Notes under the pieces: generated by a model
Seen by the model: only the letters and a program-made list of their open reading frames with translations
Told to the model about the DNA's origin: nothing
Database searches by the model: none
Position numbers and translations under genes: made by a program
Shown here: positions 1-13,879 of the stretch, one piece after another
Position numbering within the stretch: the stretch's first letter is position 1
Layout of the letters: each line of letters opens with the position of its first letter
DNA from: Paragordius varius
Taxonomy: Eukaryota; Animalia; Nematomorpha
Direction of reading: 5' to 3'
NCBI GenBank assembly: GCA_964247055.1
Contig: OZ176053.1
Location: 8,618,001 to 8,682,000 of the forward strand
Length of the DNA stretch: 64,000 nucleotides

Positions 1-798
1 ATTGTTTGCTTGCATTGTAAGATTCAAAAAAATTATAGAATTAAAATGGCTGCAAAAAAGTTTGAGATGCGGATTTTTTTACTTAACAAAAAAAATTTTT
101 TGTATTATGCCCCTAAAAGCTAAAGAAAGCATATTTTAAATTCGTCTTAATATCTTAAAAATTTTCTAAGATATTCAAATTTTAATTCGCTTTGGGATAT
201 AAAACTACTCCAAAAGATAATGGAGTGTTAAGTTTAAGCAATATTCACATAAGGTTGTCATATACTTATGGGCTAATTGAAAAAAGACACTTAACTAAAA
301 GCTACGCCTTTATATTTGGTATTTAGGACCAATATTTTATTATATAGTCTAAAAATTAATTAGTATTTGTGGGCGCTTATTGAAAACAAAGCCAATTTTT
401 AAACAAACGATTGATATATGTAGCTTGACGATGAGCATCGCATTTAAATAAAATATTTGCTTTTATATTTGAAACATTAGAAAGGTTTTATGCTAAATTG
501 CTTCAAAGCCCAGTACATACATTTTTATTAATATATTAAAAATTAAGAGATGCAAAGAACACAAATTTTATAAATAGATTAGATATAAGCAAATTATACT
601 AGAAATTAATTAATATACTGTTTTTTGTCGGTCGCATTTATATAATTCTTGTAAAAATGAAAATTTGGGATTATTATAAAAATAATTAATAAAAGTCATT
701 TATTTTTATATTTTTTATTGTAATTTGAAACAAATAATAATTTTAAAAAATTGTTTTTTATAAGTTTTAATAAAATCTTAACATTGTATTGCATTTAG

Positions 799-936
799 AT
801 TGATGTGAAAATTAGCCCGGGAACACATTCTTCGGAAACAGCTATTAATAAGCAATTGGCTGATAAGGAAAGGGTCAGTGCAGCACTAGAAAATCCTCAT
901 TTGATTGATGTTGTAAATAGATGTATTGCCGAATAA
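799..936 (+). CDS. CIAO2B: Terminal coding exon of cytosolic iron-sulfur assembly component 2B (FAM96B/MIP18); upstream exons not found in window
   Basis: After the tttag acceptor the exon reads [45 protein letters not shown], matching the conserved FAM96B C-terminus ([26 protein letters not shown]). Confidence 0.85.
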   Translation: MDVKISPGTHSSETAINKQLADKERVSAALENPHLIDVVNRCIAE

Positions 937-1912
937 ATTTGTTGCGTACAAATATAATAGATAAATAAATCAAATTAAATTTGATTTTTAAAGTCTTTTT
1001 ATTTTTAATAAGGGAAGGGTTTTAAAAATTAGATGTTTTTTGGGCATAAACAGCTAAATGTTTTTTCCAATTAATTTGCTTTAACATGCAATATTAGTTA
1101 AAATATTTATTAATTTTAAATTTTTATTAAAAGCGATTTTTAATTTTTTTTATATCAGCATTATTGATATATTCACTGTATATATCTTTTTGCACAATAA
1201 TGAAATTTTATGATTGACTCTATTATATGCTGAGGTACCATGGGGTCCAATCAAATTTAACACGTTAGCCAATTTTGTCTTAAACAAAAATTATTTTTCT
1301 GTAATGATCATTTAATATTTCAATTATTTATATATTAAATAATGTAACCATGAAATTAAAATACCTAACTTTTGTTTAGTTATAATAATATATTTTAAAA
1401 TGTGCTTGTAAATTATGAGACATTCAATTCTTAAATTGAGGGAGAATGTTTAAGAATTTCCGGATAAATGATATAAACTAAAAAAACTTATTTATAAGTA
1501 TTTTGGCACTTTTATGGCATGTAGTTAAGCCCTTAAAATTACCGTGTATGCTAATTTGATGCGTAAAGTAAAACTAGTAATGATTCTTCAATAATTTTAA
1601 ATTTTCCGAGAAAGGGCGTCGGGCTCAAGAAATTATTGTAAAAACAAAAACTTCAAAAAATTTAGTGCCAAAACATTTGATAATTACGCCGAGTTTAATA
1701 CAGCCTATTTGTAAAAACTCATCAAAGATTCTTAGCACAGCAAATGGAATTGCACCAATTTAGGGTGTTTTTAAATTTGCCAGAAAAATTTGGAAAACAT
1801 ACAAATACTGGTTATATCAAAAATATACTAATTAACAACATGGTTTTCCTTATATAAAAAAGAAATTTTTTTGATAATTTGCACCAAAGCGCAAGCTGCG
1901 TTTCTATACAAT

Positions 1913-2048
1913 TCGATGCAGAAAATAAGATCTATCGAGTCTTTTGATTTAGAGTATTTTATGCCCTAAAGCCGGTATTAAAAGCCAAAATGGCGCCAAA
2001 AATATATAATCAAATTTTTCGGATTAAAAAATATTTTTCTGCATCGAA
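1913..2048. repeat. Short inverted repeat within degenerate TE-like sequence
   Basis: ttcgatgcagaaaata at ~1913 and tatttttctgcatcgaa ending ~2048 are near-perfect reverse complements about 100 bp apart; the surrounding 1.5-2.6 kb looks like MITE debris. Confidence 0.4.
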
Positions 2049-4157
2049 TTGCATGAAAAAAGTGTTTATAATATCTATATTAGATGTTTTGTAAAAAAAG
2101 TCTAATCTCTTTTGAAGACAGTATAATAGGCAAACTCTATATCCAGAGTTAATGTATGATTTGTTTTAATAAAAATAAAATCTTTTAGCGCATTTTAACA
2201 AATTTTAATAAAAATTTGACGCCAAAGTGCGATTTTTTAGCTTATAGTCTTGCTCTTCCCTCAGGAAAAATGAAAAACCTTTATTGATATTATTTGCGTT
2301 CAGTATTATTTTTATACTATATTAATAAAACTTTTGACCCGTCGTTATTTATTGTATTTAATTTTATTTGACCTAATGTGTGACAAAAATGCGATGTTTA
2401 AATTTTGGCTAATAAGAGAAAAATTTAAATAACTTTTTTTCCAATATTTTCAAACGTATATATCATTTTGATATTCATTATCTGAAGCTTTTAGCTTTCG
2501 ATTGATATATGATTCATTAAACTTTATTGTTTCTGCGCATTGTTTATATTAAAATGTGAGAAAATAGTATTATCATGTCTAGTAAATTTTAAAATGTTAT
2601 TTTTCTTTCTGTTCAAATAAAGGTGTGTTAAAATTAAAGACAATGTTATATATATTATTAAAACATTTTCGACTCTAGCTCAGAAAATTTAGATCGTAAG
2701 TAAAGAGATGTCCAACACGCTTTTTTCGGTACGCAAAAAAGGCTTAAAAAATAAAATTGGATTTCAATCAAAAAATTCACGATTATTTAAATATCCGAAA
2801 TTGGGCTCAAACTAAATAAAAACCAAAATTATCATATCGCCGCGAAAATATGTGTAGGACACCGTCTTTTCGATTTTTGTAATTTTTGATACATTGATAA
2901 AAATATCCAATTCCACTTTTATTTTTGGCCTCTTGATGCTTTTTGGGCCCTGTCTGCGACGATAATTTTCTTAAACTAGAAATATAAGTATTATTGTGGA
3001 CAAGCTTTTTTACATAATAATATTGATATTACTTTGGTAGGAAAGTTTATCTGAGAAAACTTTTTGTTTTTGTTAAAATAGATAAATAATTTTTTCTTAA
3101 TGATTTTATTAACCTTTGTTAGACAATGGGTCTGCCTATGTTAATATTTAATTAGGATAAGGAGAATAAATACGTTCACACTTATCCATACATAAAGATG
3201 TTTTTATAATAATTTTTTTTAATTAAAAACAAACCACAATAAGTTATGTACATAATTTGTAAACATTTTATGATGCAGATATATATTTTTGTTCCCATCG
3301 AGCAAATATTGATTTGTGAAATCTTTGTTTTTGAAAATATCGATATAGAAATTGTTATCGGTCAATACCCTAATATTTTCTATTATCAATATTATTACAA
3401 TATATTGTTTCTAATGTAGAAGGATAATTCACATGTATTATGCTGATTACATGTGGATTCATTTCTGATTTGCCAAAAAGATATGATAAAAAGCAAAATT
3501 TTAATTGATAAAACACCTTTGGTTTTTAGAAAGCAAGCAAGCATTATTTTTAACCAAAAAATACATTATAAAAGTCCTACTGTGTGTGAATGGTATATAA
3601 AGCGTAATTTTAAAAATATATATATTAAAATTATACATTAAATCTCTAAAAAAGATAAAGCATCATTTGAATACTTTTATTTATAAAATGTTTATACGAA
3701 TTGCAGCCATTTTAATGGTGTATCTTCAATATTTTTAAAGGTCATTTTAATGTACAATACAGATATTATACCTCTAGATGAGACAGATTGGCTTTTACAC
3801 AAATCACAATAAATCATAAATCTGTTCAGTTCCGTCATTTACACTTTTTTGATTTAGACATCACAAAAGCACAATTTATTCATATATATATGGGTTATAT
3901 ATAATACTTTTTATCAAATATATAGACTCTATACTCATGTATATAATGTTAAAATGCTTCTGCTAGAGATATATTATGCAAAGGTGGATAAGCTTGATGG
4001 TTGGGGGTAGGAAGGTAGGTACATTAAGCCATTTTCATAATTTTACAATAAATCTTTTATCATTAAATTAATATATATTATTATTCCCTAATATCCATAA
4101 ATGCCATAATTATTATTATTAAACAATAAAGCTTTTACATATATATATATATATATA

Positions 4158-4319
4158 CAGTGGCGTATGCAGTAAAAGATTGTTAGTGCAAAATAATCTT
4201 AATGAACACAAAACAGGGGGACATTTTTCATATATTAAAGTCCTATTTATAAACATATCCATAATATCCCCCTTTTAAGATTATTTTGCACTAACAATCT
4301 TTTACTGCATACGCTACTG
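4158..4319. mobile_element. Tc1/mariner-type MITE, 162 bp
   Basis: 45-bp TIRs (cagtggcgtatgcagtaaaagattgttagtgcaaaataatcttaa, 1 mismatch) start with CAGT and are flanked on both sides by (TA)n, consistent with a TA target site. Confidence 0.85.
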
Positions 4320-5317
4320 TATATATATATATTATGTTGGTTGATGGATCAAAATGTAAATTTTTATTTTTGAAGTGTTAATTATATTTTTTTACTAAAT
4401 AATGTGTCCTTGTGTGTGCGTAAGGTCATTTAGCTTTGAAATATATTATCAAATCGCCATTATTTCCTCTATTATAGATAAGTGTAAAATCCATAAATAA
4501 TGTATTTTAATGTAGACCTCATGTGGGTTTTTAAGTAAAGGTCATTCTGCATAATATTGATTAAAAGTCAAAAATCAAATTTCCAATTGTAAAATATTAT
4601 GGGTGCCGAAAAGAAAGTTAGTAGTAAATTGAACGATATCATAGGTAAAAAGGTTTTTTTATTTTGTAACAAAAATATGTATTTAGTTACATACATTTTT
4701 AACCATTAAAGTAATAATTTTGCCCGGTACTGTATTTTCGGCTAATTTGTTTTGTTTTAAAATATATATATATTTTTCCAGAATATTTTGTGTAAAAAAC
4801 CTTACAATGATTTGATAATTTTTCAACTGTTTAATGCATAAATCCCTTCTTATGCAATAATATATGCTCTAAATGGACTTGCATTTTTTACAAGTATTGA
4901 GTTTCAATAATAATTGATGTGATGAGAAATTTTATTTTTTATTTAAATGGCTTTGAATTTAAAGTAGTTTAAATATTTATTGAATAATTGTATTGATTGG
5001 AATTTAATTTATTGAGATCACGATACAATATACGAATGTACAATATGTGCATTTTTTATAAAGCAAATATATTAATACTTATATTTATATGTATAACCAA
5101 AATGATGAAAATATTTATTGGACAATAAATAAATTTGTAATTGTTGCATTTTTTAGATGTGGGCTAGAAGCCAATATAAAATATTTAATATATCGTGTTT
5201 ATAATATTTATATTTGGACACTTAGTGGGATTGAATGAACCTGAAATATAGTTTGGGTTAAGTTTTATTTGAGATGAATGTTTAAATTATAGAATATTAT
5301 TGGAAAAAATAACTAAA

Positions 5318-7402
5318 TCAGCCGGTTTTAATCAAGTGATTGGACAAATATTCTTTATACCTTCTGTCCAAATTTACGATAGTTGTGTCAAATGATTCCT
5401 ATATATAGATAAATTTAAATAAATATTATTAATTATAAAAATACTAAATATCAAAAAATTAAATTAATCTTAAAAATTAAAATTTACCTCATCGATAGCC
5501 AAAAAGTGTTTGAGATGTTTGTATAACAAGGTATAAATTATATGATAATTATCGGTGGCCCGTTCAAAATGGTAAAAGGATAAATAAATACAAGCGGCAA
5601 TAAGGACGGACGGTTTCGTGCACATAAATTCCCAATCTGTATGCAATATGTTATTTAAGTTAAAAATGAAATATTATATTTTTGCCAAACTAGTGATTTA
5701 AAAAATATATGTAATTTATTACGTATAGTAGCAAGTAAAATGAATTGATAAGAATTTTCGCGTATTCGTTTTGTGATATCTACGGGCCATTGATCCACAG
5801 TATCCAAGAAAAGTTCAATAAAACTTAGTGAAGTAACATAACCAATATCCCAATCCAAAAGATGTAACATATACCGTTCCCATTCCTAAAGAGCATTTGT
5901 AAAATAATAGAATATATTTCTTATAATATAGGTCGATGTATTTTTAAAAAAATATCCAGTATGATTGATTACCATTATTTCTTCTATGGAATAGGTATTT
6001 CTCGTACAAGCCGAGATGTGTGTTGCAGTAAAGGGACAAACCTCTTTAATTTTAGAGGCAATAAATAAGGAAACACCACCCAATAATTGGTAATAAGCTT
6101 TTTTGGCCACCTTTCGACACAAAAAGCGATCCAGTAAATTAATTGCCAGTAATGCAGTTTCCATTTTGTAGTGACTTTCATCGCAAACCTATATATATGT
6201 GTTACAAAAATATATTATAATATTGAATGAAAAATACTCAATTATTATTTTAAATATTGTTTTTTTTGGAGTCTAAATTGTTTAATTTTTATTTATATCT
6301 GGCAGATCAGATAAAATCTGTTAAATTTGTACATTACCTGAAACATCCATGATGTCAGTGTTAATCTCATGTCTGGTGTAATTTCTTTTTGAAAGGGACA
6401 CATTTTGATCGGATTATTATATTGGTCGCCATCAATTGTTGGACTTTTATTATCAGTATTATTATGTATGTCATTGTCGGCAAAATAGTTAAATGGTGGT
6501 ACAATACTATGTTGTATTTGTATTAAACTTTGTAATACACCTAAAGTACCTAAGGTTTCATCTAATTTGCCCGTGGCACATCGCCTTTTATAAGGTGCTT
6601 TATTGAAGAATACACTAAGGGCACATTCCAATTTTTCCATGTAATCATTATTTTGCTGCTCTTCATTCAAATCACTCTTGGTAGTAGTCGTGAATAATGT
6701 TTGAATATTATTTGTAACAACTTGGTTATTACACATACTAGATATTGGGGGTAAATTATTAATTAAATAATCACAAGAATTTTGGATTCCATATTCAGTT
6801 GTTTTGATTTCAGACCCATCATCCTTATTATTATTGATATTTTGAAAATTTGCAAACATGGAATTGGTGTAGGCGGCAACATCAGTTAGGAGTGTAGTGT
6901 TACAAGAATTATATTCTTCCTCTGTACCATAACCTTCTGAGAGGCCAGATTCATTAAGAAACGAATTCGAAGATGGATTAATTTGAGTTTGTGAAGGGTT
7001 ATTTAAATCTATCGATGATGATGAGGTAAATACACTAATATCACTGTCGGAACTTGGGAGTCGGTTTCTGGTTGTGTTGGTGTTAGAGTTTGGACTGTTG
7101 GTTATATTTTGTAAAGCTTGACCTTCCAAATTTTTTGTCGTAATATTTGGACAAGGACAATTAGTAATAGCAAATTTATTGTGAGTATCGGCATTGGAGA
7201 TGTTTGATTGAATTTGTGTTGTTTGAGGATATATTAGATTTTCCAAACTGTTAGGGCTTGATAAATTATATACTCCTGAATCGCGACGTTTGAAGTTGTT
7301 AAAAACGCATTTATCTAACTTATTTTGGCATTGGGACAAATATTTTTCATTAGATCCCGGTAATGTTGATGGACTAGTTTCAGAATTTGCGTTTACAATC
7401 AT
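5318..7402 (-). CDS. Cyclin D-like G1 cyclin with long N/S/T-rich N-terminal extension (5 exons)
   Basis: Exons 7402-6338, 6188-5973, 5885-5723, 5636-5488, 5398-5318 with GT-AG introns of 149, 87, 86 and 89 nt. The cyclin box MRLTLTSWMFQVCDESHYKMETALLAINLLDRFL...YQLLGGVSLFIASKIKE...EWERYMLHLLDWDI resembles D-type cyclins; the second fold begins HWEFMCTKPSVLIAAC. Confidence 0.8.
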
Positions 7403-8928
7403 TAAATTTTAGTTGCGATAAATGTCGATAAAATAATTTAGTAATTGGAAAAAAAATTAAAATAATAATTTTTATTTATACGAAATAATTTTGTGTGTAT
7501 GGAGACATATTTTTTATCCAATTATAAGTATGTATATGCAGCATCTTACCGATTTGATGTTCCCATATAAAAAAATCTTTTTAATAAATAACATTTGAGT
7601 GCTTTTTATGAACAAACAAAGTAATTAGTATAATGTTATTTTCATCAATATAAATCTCAATAGATATTGTAAACTCTGTTATTTTGCGATGAATATATCA
7701 CTCACTATGAGACAAACGAGCAAAAAAATGTGATTTCGAAAAAAACAAGTAAGTATTAAGGATGCTTTGAATTGTCAATAGAGGACAAATATATGGGCCC
7801 TCAATTTATATATATTAGTAATCAAAAGTTTAAAGGTAAAAAATATTAATAACATGTTATTTTATATTTCATATTTTTGTAAAAATGAATTGTACCTTTA
7901 TATAAAACCATTATATAAGGACGAAACCCCTATTATATACATATTTATATATGTATATTTATATAAAACCTATTTACCTATAATCTTAATATTAAAAAAA
8001 ATCTATAGATATATATATATAATTAAATGGTCAATTTAATCGTTATCAATTCTTTTATAATTAATTTCACAACGAATTAAGTTTTATAAAAATAAAAAAT
8101 TTTTTTTCCTAAAATCCGTTTTGTTAATCTGTTGTGACACTTAAAAATGTATATAACTTTTACAAGTTTTCTTCGGTTAAAATTAGCTCATATTTCAAAT
8201 ATGTCCCTTTTTCACATAATCAAAGGGTGTCTCACACAATTTATAGACATTGCTAACATTTTTGAAACAAACTTTATTTAACCAAATAGAAATTAAAGTT
8301 ACAGAAACAGTTTGAAAGTTTTTTTGGCATTGACTGACTGACCTTCTGCTGTTCATATGCATTACATAATACACGTGTTGTGTTGGTTTTTCGATTCTCA
8401 AAATGTTTGTCGTATAAAATAAAAGTAACATTTGGTTTGTGGCTATATAGGTCGTGTGTCCGTCTTAACATGGTGTAAAATTTAATGTATTCATATGCTA
8501 GTCTTAGATAACAAATATACAAATATATATATTTATTTGGCTTTAATAATTTTTTATAAAGAAAAAAAATATTTTTTTACTTTATACATGGCAGGCACAT
8601 TGCCTTGCTAACTTTTTTACTCTTTGTATATAAATAGTAGAGATATAAAGTGTGTCCACATATAGAGCGAATATATAATATTAAATTCATTAAAAAGTGT
8701 CACCTGCCCAGTTATCAGGTAAATGTCATTCTATCTCATTTTATTTACGCATTATATAATTGTTCCCTATTTTATGTAATAACAATATAATACAGGTTAG
8801 AATAAATATGCCACAACAGGCAGAGTCCATCCCTTGTTCCTATTGAATAGAGAAAAATAATTATTTTCAATTAATTGATATACAATCAATGATTTCTTAA
8901 TTTTGTATGCAGATTTGCATCTTATTAA

Positions 8929-9010
8929 CCCTATTTCCAATGGGTGACAAAGAGACTTCCGTGATGTAAACATCCGTATTTCAATGATTTAGACATTTCG
9001 ACTCTTAGGG
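8929..9010. mobile_element. Possible tiny piggyBac-like non-autonomous element (82 bp)
   Basis: TTAA|CCCTA...TAGGG|TTAA; terminal match is only 5 bp plus the TTAA duplication. Confidence 0.4.
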
Positions 9011-10084
9011 TTAAAAACTTAAATAATACTATTAGATATATTTATAAATATTCCCCATTTAAGTCTAATAATTGGTTCTATATTTTAGAATGCCTAGCTA
9101 AACATAGTCATATTAAATAACTGAAAACAGAGGTGTCCAGCATGCGAATCGCAATAATTATTGGACGGATCACATACTTTTTTTAAATGTGTCAGGTTTA
9201 TTTAATAGAAAGTGATAAATGAATTAGTTTCAATTTCAATGCCTATTACATACTGATTAATAGAATATATATCTAATTAATTGCAACTTTATTGGAAAAA
9301 TACTTCTAGCTCTTGTACAAGGAAAGAATCAAATTAGCTGCACTATTTTCAATTATCAAATGGTTTATGACTATTAATAAAAATCGATTTGTTAATCCAT
9401 TTATGTATATAAATATATGAGCATAGGCATAAATGGGCACTAGTTTTTTGTTGAAAATAGCAATATGAATTTTCTAGGATTTTTACGAATTCTCGAAACC
9501 AACGTTTGAAAAAGTATTTATTATTCGACTGAAGATGGATGGACATTTTTTGCATATAAAATGATTTTGCAGGAAAAGCGGATAAACAAAAATCTATATC
9601 TAAAAGTTGTTCGACCACCCCTAATTATAAAGTCTTTAATGCATCGACCTACGCTTTCTAAAGATTCTAAAAACCCGAGTGTCGTGACAAATTGGTAATT
9701 TTTGAGTATTCTTGCCTAATTTAGAGGGATCTGAAAATTTAAGATTTTTTAGGACAAATGTAAAATTTTTTTTATATAGATCTGTGCTTAAAATCTTCTT
9801 TGGCTTCTAATAAAAATTCTCATATGGACCAGTTTTGATTTTCGACATAGAGCGATTAACTTAATATTTAATTCACTTTATTTAATGACTCGTACACCTT
9901 TTAACCAATATTCTGATACATTTTTCTATCTAACTATTAATTTTTTTCAACAGATTAGTGTGCGTGTTATACAAGAAAATATATTTAACAAAAAGTTCTT
10001 ATCTCAAAATTTAATGGCAAATTTTTTTGTAGCTTACAAATTTCCAAGTAAAAATGTATTCATTTTGAAAATAAAAATTTAAAC

Positions 10085-10661
10085 CAGGGGTAACACGAGA
10101 CTCACAGGGGGCATGCGGCTCTTGGAATTTGTGCGGTCGCGAAAAATTGAAAAAATACTAAAAATATTATAAAATTTAGATAAAGGCAATTTACAATTAG
10201 TTATATTATATATTTTTGGCATTTTTGACTTAAAATATTTTTACCTATCTAGAATCTTATAGAATTATATATTTTCTTTAATAAACAACATTGAATGTTC
10301 GGTAAATGTATATTTTCGAAGTCATTAAATATTTATATTTGCCGGTAATCCCTAAATTGAATTTCGTATAGTATCATGTAAAGAAAAAAATTAGCATTTA
10401 AAAATTGGTTGAAATCCGACCAAAATTTAAGACCAAAACTGTGAAAACATTTAATTTTTTTAAGGTTAAATATAAGTTCTTGATTTTTGCATTTTATATT
10501 TGAATAGTCATTCCCGATTTCAACAACGGAACCAACAAAAATTTAAAATATTAGCAGATATCGTTATCTCTACCTTTTTTTCAATCCCATGTTATTTTAA
10601 AATATTTAATTATTTATAATATTTTTTTGATACGCGAAGCTCTATGTGTTGGGCATCCCTG
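10085..10661. mobile_element. Degenerate hAT-family MITE
   Basis: Left end caggggtaacacg, right end gtgttgggcatccctg, with GCGGC/GCGGTC subterminal motifs shared with other hAT ends in the window; no clean TSD. Confidence 0.45.
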
Positions 10662-12284
10662 CTCTATAACCTATAAAACGGTATAATATATTTTTTTAAT
10701 GATAATTATATTTCTTTTAAAATAAATTTAATTATAAATTATTATAAATCTTGGGCTTTTGGGATGATTACCCCAAATGTATTCTTTATATAAATTGCAA
10801 CTGATTCTAAGAATTTGTGATTCACGAAAATTGGGATCAAATCTATCTTTATCACTTATTATTTCATTTTCTTGTAAACGATTAATTTCGGGGTAGTTTT
10901 ATAGCTAACTTAAATTTGCAAATAATTAATTGATTATGGTTTTGGTTAAATTTTTTTTTACCCATTGCTCTCCTTAAATTATATATTTTACAGGTTTTCA
11001 GCTTCTAAAGCTCGAAATTGAGATAGCTCCAAACATTGATTGAAACAAACAACTGATTTAACAATCAATAAATACTAAAATATTTGCAAGGCAATGGAAT
11101 ACTTTTTACAGTTTTATATAATTGTTTTAACCACATGTTTATTGCATTGGCAACTTGAATAGGTTTTTAAGACATGATAAGTTTTTGAGCTAGTTTTATA
11201 CTTCAAAGCTTTATCGAGTATTTTAAAAAATGTTTAAAATATTGAATCATATTTAAAGTCCGCTTCAAATTTTTAAAAAATGTAAAATTATATAAAAATC
11301 CTCTTAATCGTTAATACAGACAAACAAATGTATACTATGGTTAAAGATGTAAATAATTAACTTTGAAAAGCTTTATTACAATTTACCAGCAATTTTATAT
11401 TTATTTTAATGCCTAACGTTTGCTACACTTGTGTTTTTGACGAATCGGGTTTTAAAACTTTGGAAGTTGAAAAAAAAGGTGTAAATGTTGTTTAAACAGA
11501 ATTAATATTGGATAATATATAATCTAAACAACTTTTAGATCAGTTTAACCTTTGGATATCCCTAAATGCAATCGCTATAAAGAAAAGGCAACGAAGTGTT
11601 AATCATGCGCCAATAAAGAGTGCCCATTTTTTCATTTAGCCCAATAAATTTAATACGTTTTGGGGGTGCAAAATTGCCTAAATAAATAGAGTGCTAGTTA
11701 ATTTAGAGACATAATTTTAATTATGCTACCATTTTTTTCACTAATTCTGGGCAAAGAAGGGGAGATGTTGATTTTTATATAACACAGGTATATATTTTTT
11801 GATAGAAAAGGCATCAGTTTTTCATGATGCTTTTAGAGGGAAATGAGAAAGTTGCCGCTTTATGGTGTTTACTCCATATCGATGGCAAAATTTGTCAACA
11901 ATTATGCTAAATAATATTTTTTGGCGAAGCAAGGTTCTAATAAATACTCATTAAAATACACCATAATTATATTTAGACTACAAAAGAATTTACGAGATGT
12001 TATGAGCAGCTCGTAAAAAATTTGAAAATTGCTAAATACATAGGATTTCCAAGATGTTCGAAAGATGCTGATAAAATTTTAGTGATTTAAACAAATCTTA
12101 ATCGGTCATTAAAATAACGAAATGCAATTGGTGAAATAAATAAAATAATATTGTTTTTTTTCCATTTTTACAGTCCTACATTAATAAATAGTTAGGAATG
12201 CACATATATTTTTTTTAAATGCGGCTCGCCGGATTTTTCGAGTTGAAAATGCGGCCCGCGAAGTTATTTATGTTAACAATAGCA

Positions 12285-12830
12285 CACATTCATTTCAGTC
12301 CTTCGATTCAAATTGGGTAGTTGGATACCCTAGGCCGTTTTAAATTAAATACTTCAAAAATATGGAAGGAAGTGAAATCATGTCAAAAGTGCACTTATAT
12401 ACATTAGCAAACTGAAATACATGAAAATATTATTAAAAAATACTTGATATTACTTATTTTAAGCTAAAACCCGAAAGGTAAAAATTTAGTCAACGTGACA
12501 GGTGCGCAATTAAAAATACCACTTTTTCTATTTCCATCAAGGTTTAATTTAAATAAAAAATTAGCTTTAATTTTACCAAATTAAATGACGACGATATTTT
12601 GCAAAAATTTTGTAAAATAAAAATGGCATCGAAGTAGTTTGACATGGAACATTTTTTAAAACGAAATTTAGATATTTTAGCATATTTATATAATTAATAT
12701 TAGGATAGAAGCATAAATTTAAATTGGGACCGTTTTCTCAGTAGTTTTTAAAAATCCTAACTGAACAGGGTTATTCAGATATCCCAATTTAATCGAATTG
12801 TTAAATGCATACTTTCTTTGAAAATTAAAT
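12285..12830. repeat. Dispersed ~550-bp TE-derived repeat, copy 1 (copy 2 at ~35765-36320)
   Basis: Colinear similarity (cacattcatt..agtccttcgatt..aaaaatatggaagga..gctaaaac..gtcaacgtgaca..gacgatattttgcaaaaa) to 35765-36320; about 80% identity by eye. Confidence 0.7.
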
Positions 12831-13079
12831 TTTTAGAAAAATTTTCTCAAGTTATTATATGTTCCATTAGAGCATATTAATTTGATGTTGTTAAACATTT
12901 CTAACATCTCAAATTTTGATTAAAATAGCGGTAATACAATTTTCGTAGATTTGTATTACATTTATAATAGAATGAAAGTTAGAATAGGTGCTAGAATTGT
13001 GCAAGATCGTTAGATTATATAAACATATATATAATATTAATTTTTAAACGGGACGAATCTTAGTTTGTAAGATAACATC

Positions 13080-13710
13080 TCATGTTATGTGTGTCGACGT
13101 GTTTCATTTGATCTATGCCTCACGCCACCCTAGACCATTTCTTTTAAACTGGTCCAGGCGCACTGAAATACTATCGGCGCTGTAAGGAATCTGAACAGTG
13201 TCCTTTTGTAACTGGAACATCCTCTTAGCGTTGGAATCGTCGAGGGAGCTTGGCCTGGGGAGGTAAGCGTCTTACCGATCAATCTTATTACAAGCTTGTC
13301 CGCGCCAATCTTACTTACCCATCCATCAAATGTTGAATGATGTGGGAGTCCTCTCCAGCCATTTGTTGATAATGATTCCAGAGTCGCTATAGATTCTTAG
13401 CCCGTTCGCTTTCAGTGCACTGGCGGTTGAACATATTTTTGGCAGTGTTTTTTTCTTTTTTTCTACATTAGCAAAGTGGTTGGGTTTTCCGCATTTGTAA
13501 TTGCGGTTCCAGGCGGGACATTTGTTTATGAACACTTCCATCCCTTGCGCGAATGTGTCAGAGGTTTTGATTGTTGTGATCGATTAAAATTATTACCATT
13601 GCTATAATTTGTATTATCATTATATTTTTTACTGGACATGCTGGTGATATTGGCAATTGACATTGTCATGGTTGTGGCACTTTGGACTCTAAAAATTTCA
13701 AGTAACAAAG
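13080..13710 (-). mobile_element. Degenerate Ty3/gypsy LTR-retrotransposon fragment (gag knuckle plus RT piece)
   Basis: KCPAWNRNYKCGKPNHFANV resembles the gypsy gag CPAxGKxCxKCGKxNHFAxVC knuckle. Downstream STIPTLRGCSSYKRTLFRFLTAPIVFQCAWTSL resembles the RT motif TxNTHxGLFxYxRLPFGxxSAPxIFQ. Frames are broken. Confidence 0.55.
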
Positions 13711-13879
13711 GATATAATATTTACATAGAACACAAAAAATATAGGAAATAATACAATTCAAATAACGGTGAAAGTTATGATATACAACCAAGGTATGTAT
13801 TTCACATTTGCATGTAACACAGAAAATTATGATATAAAAACAAAGTATATCTTTCAGATTTGCATAACATTGACCCAAT

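Noticed and set aside
8195-8522. Overlapping minus-strand ORFs with faint BED-finger-like wording
   Set aside because: No complete Cys/His pattern, TIR or TSD to support a call.
11800-12330. Possible hAT transposase remnant next to a GCGGCCCGC-rich end
   Set aside because: Similarity too fragmentary to define boundaries; treated as TE debris.
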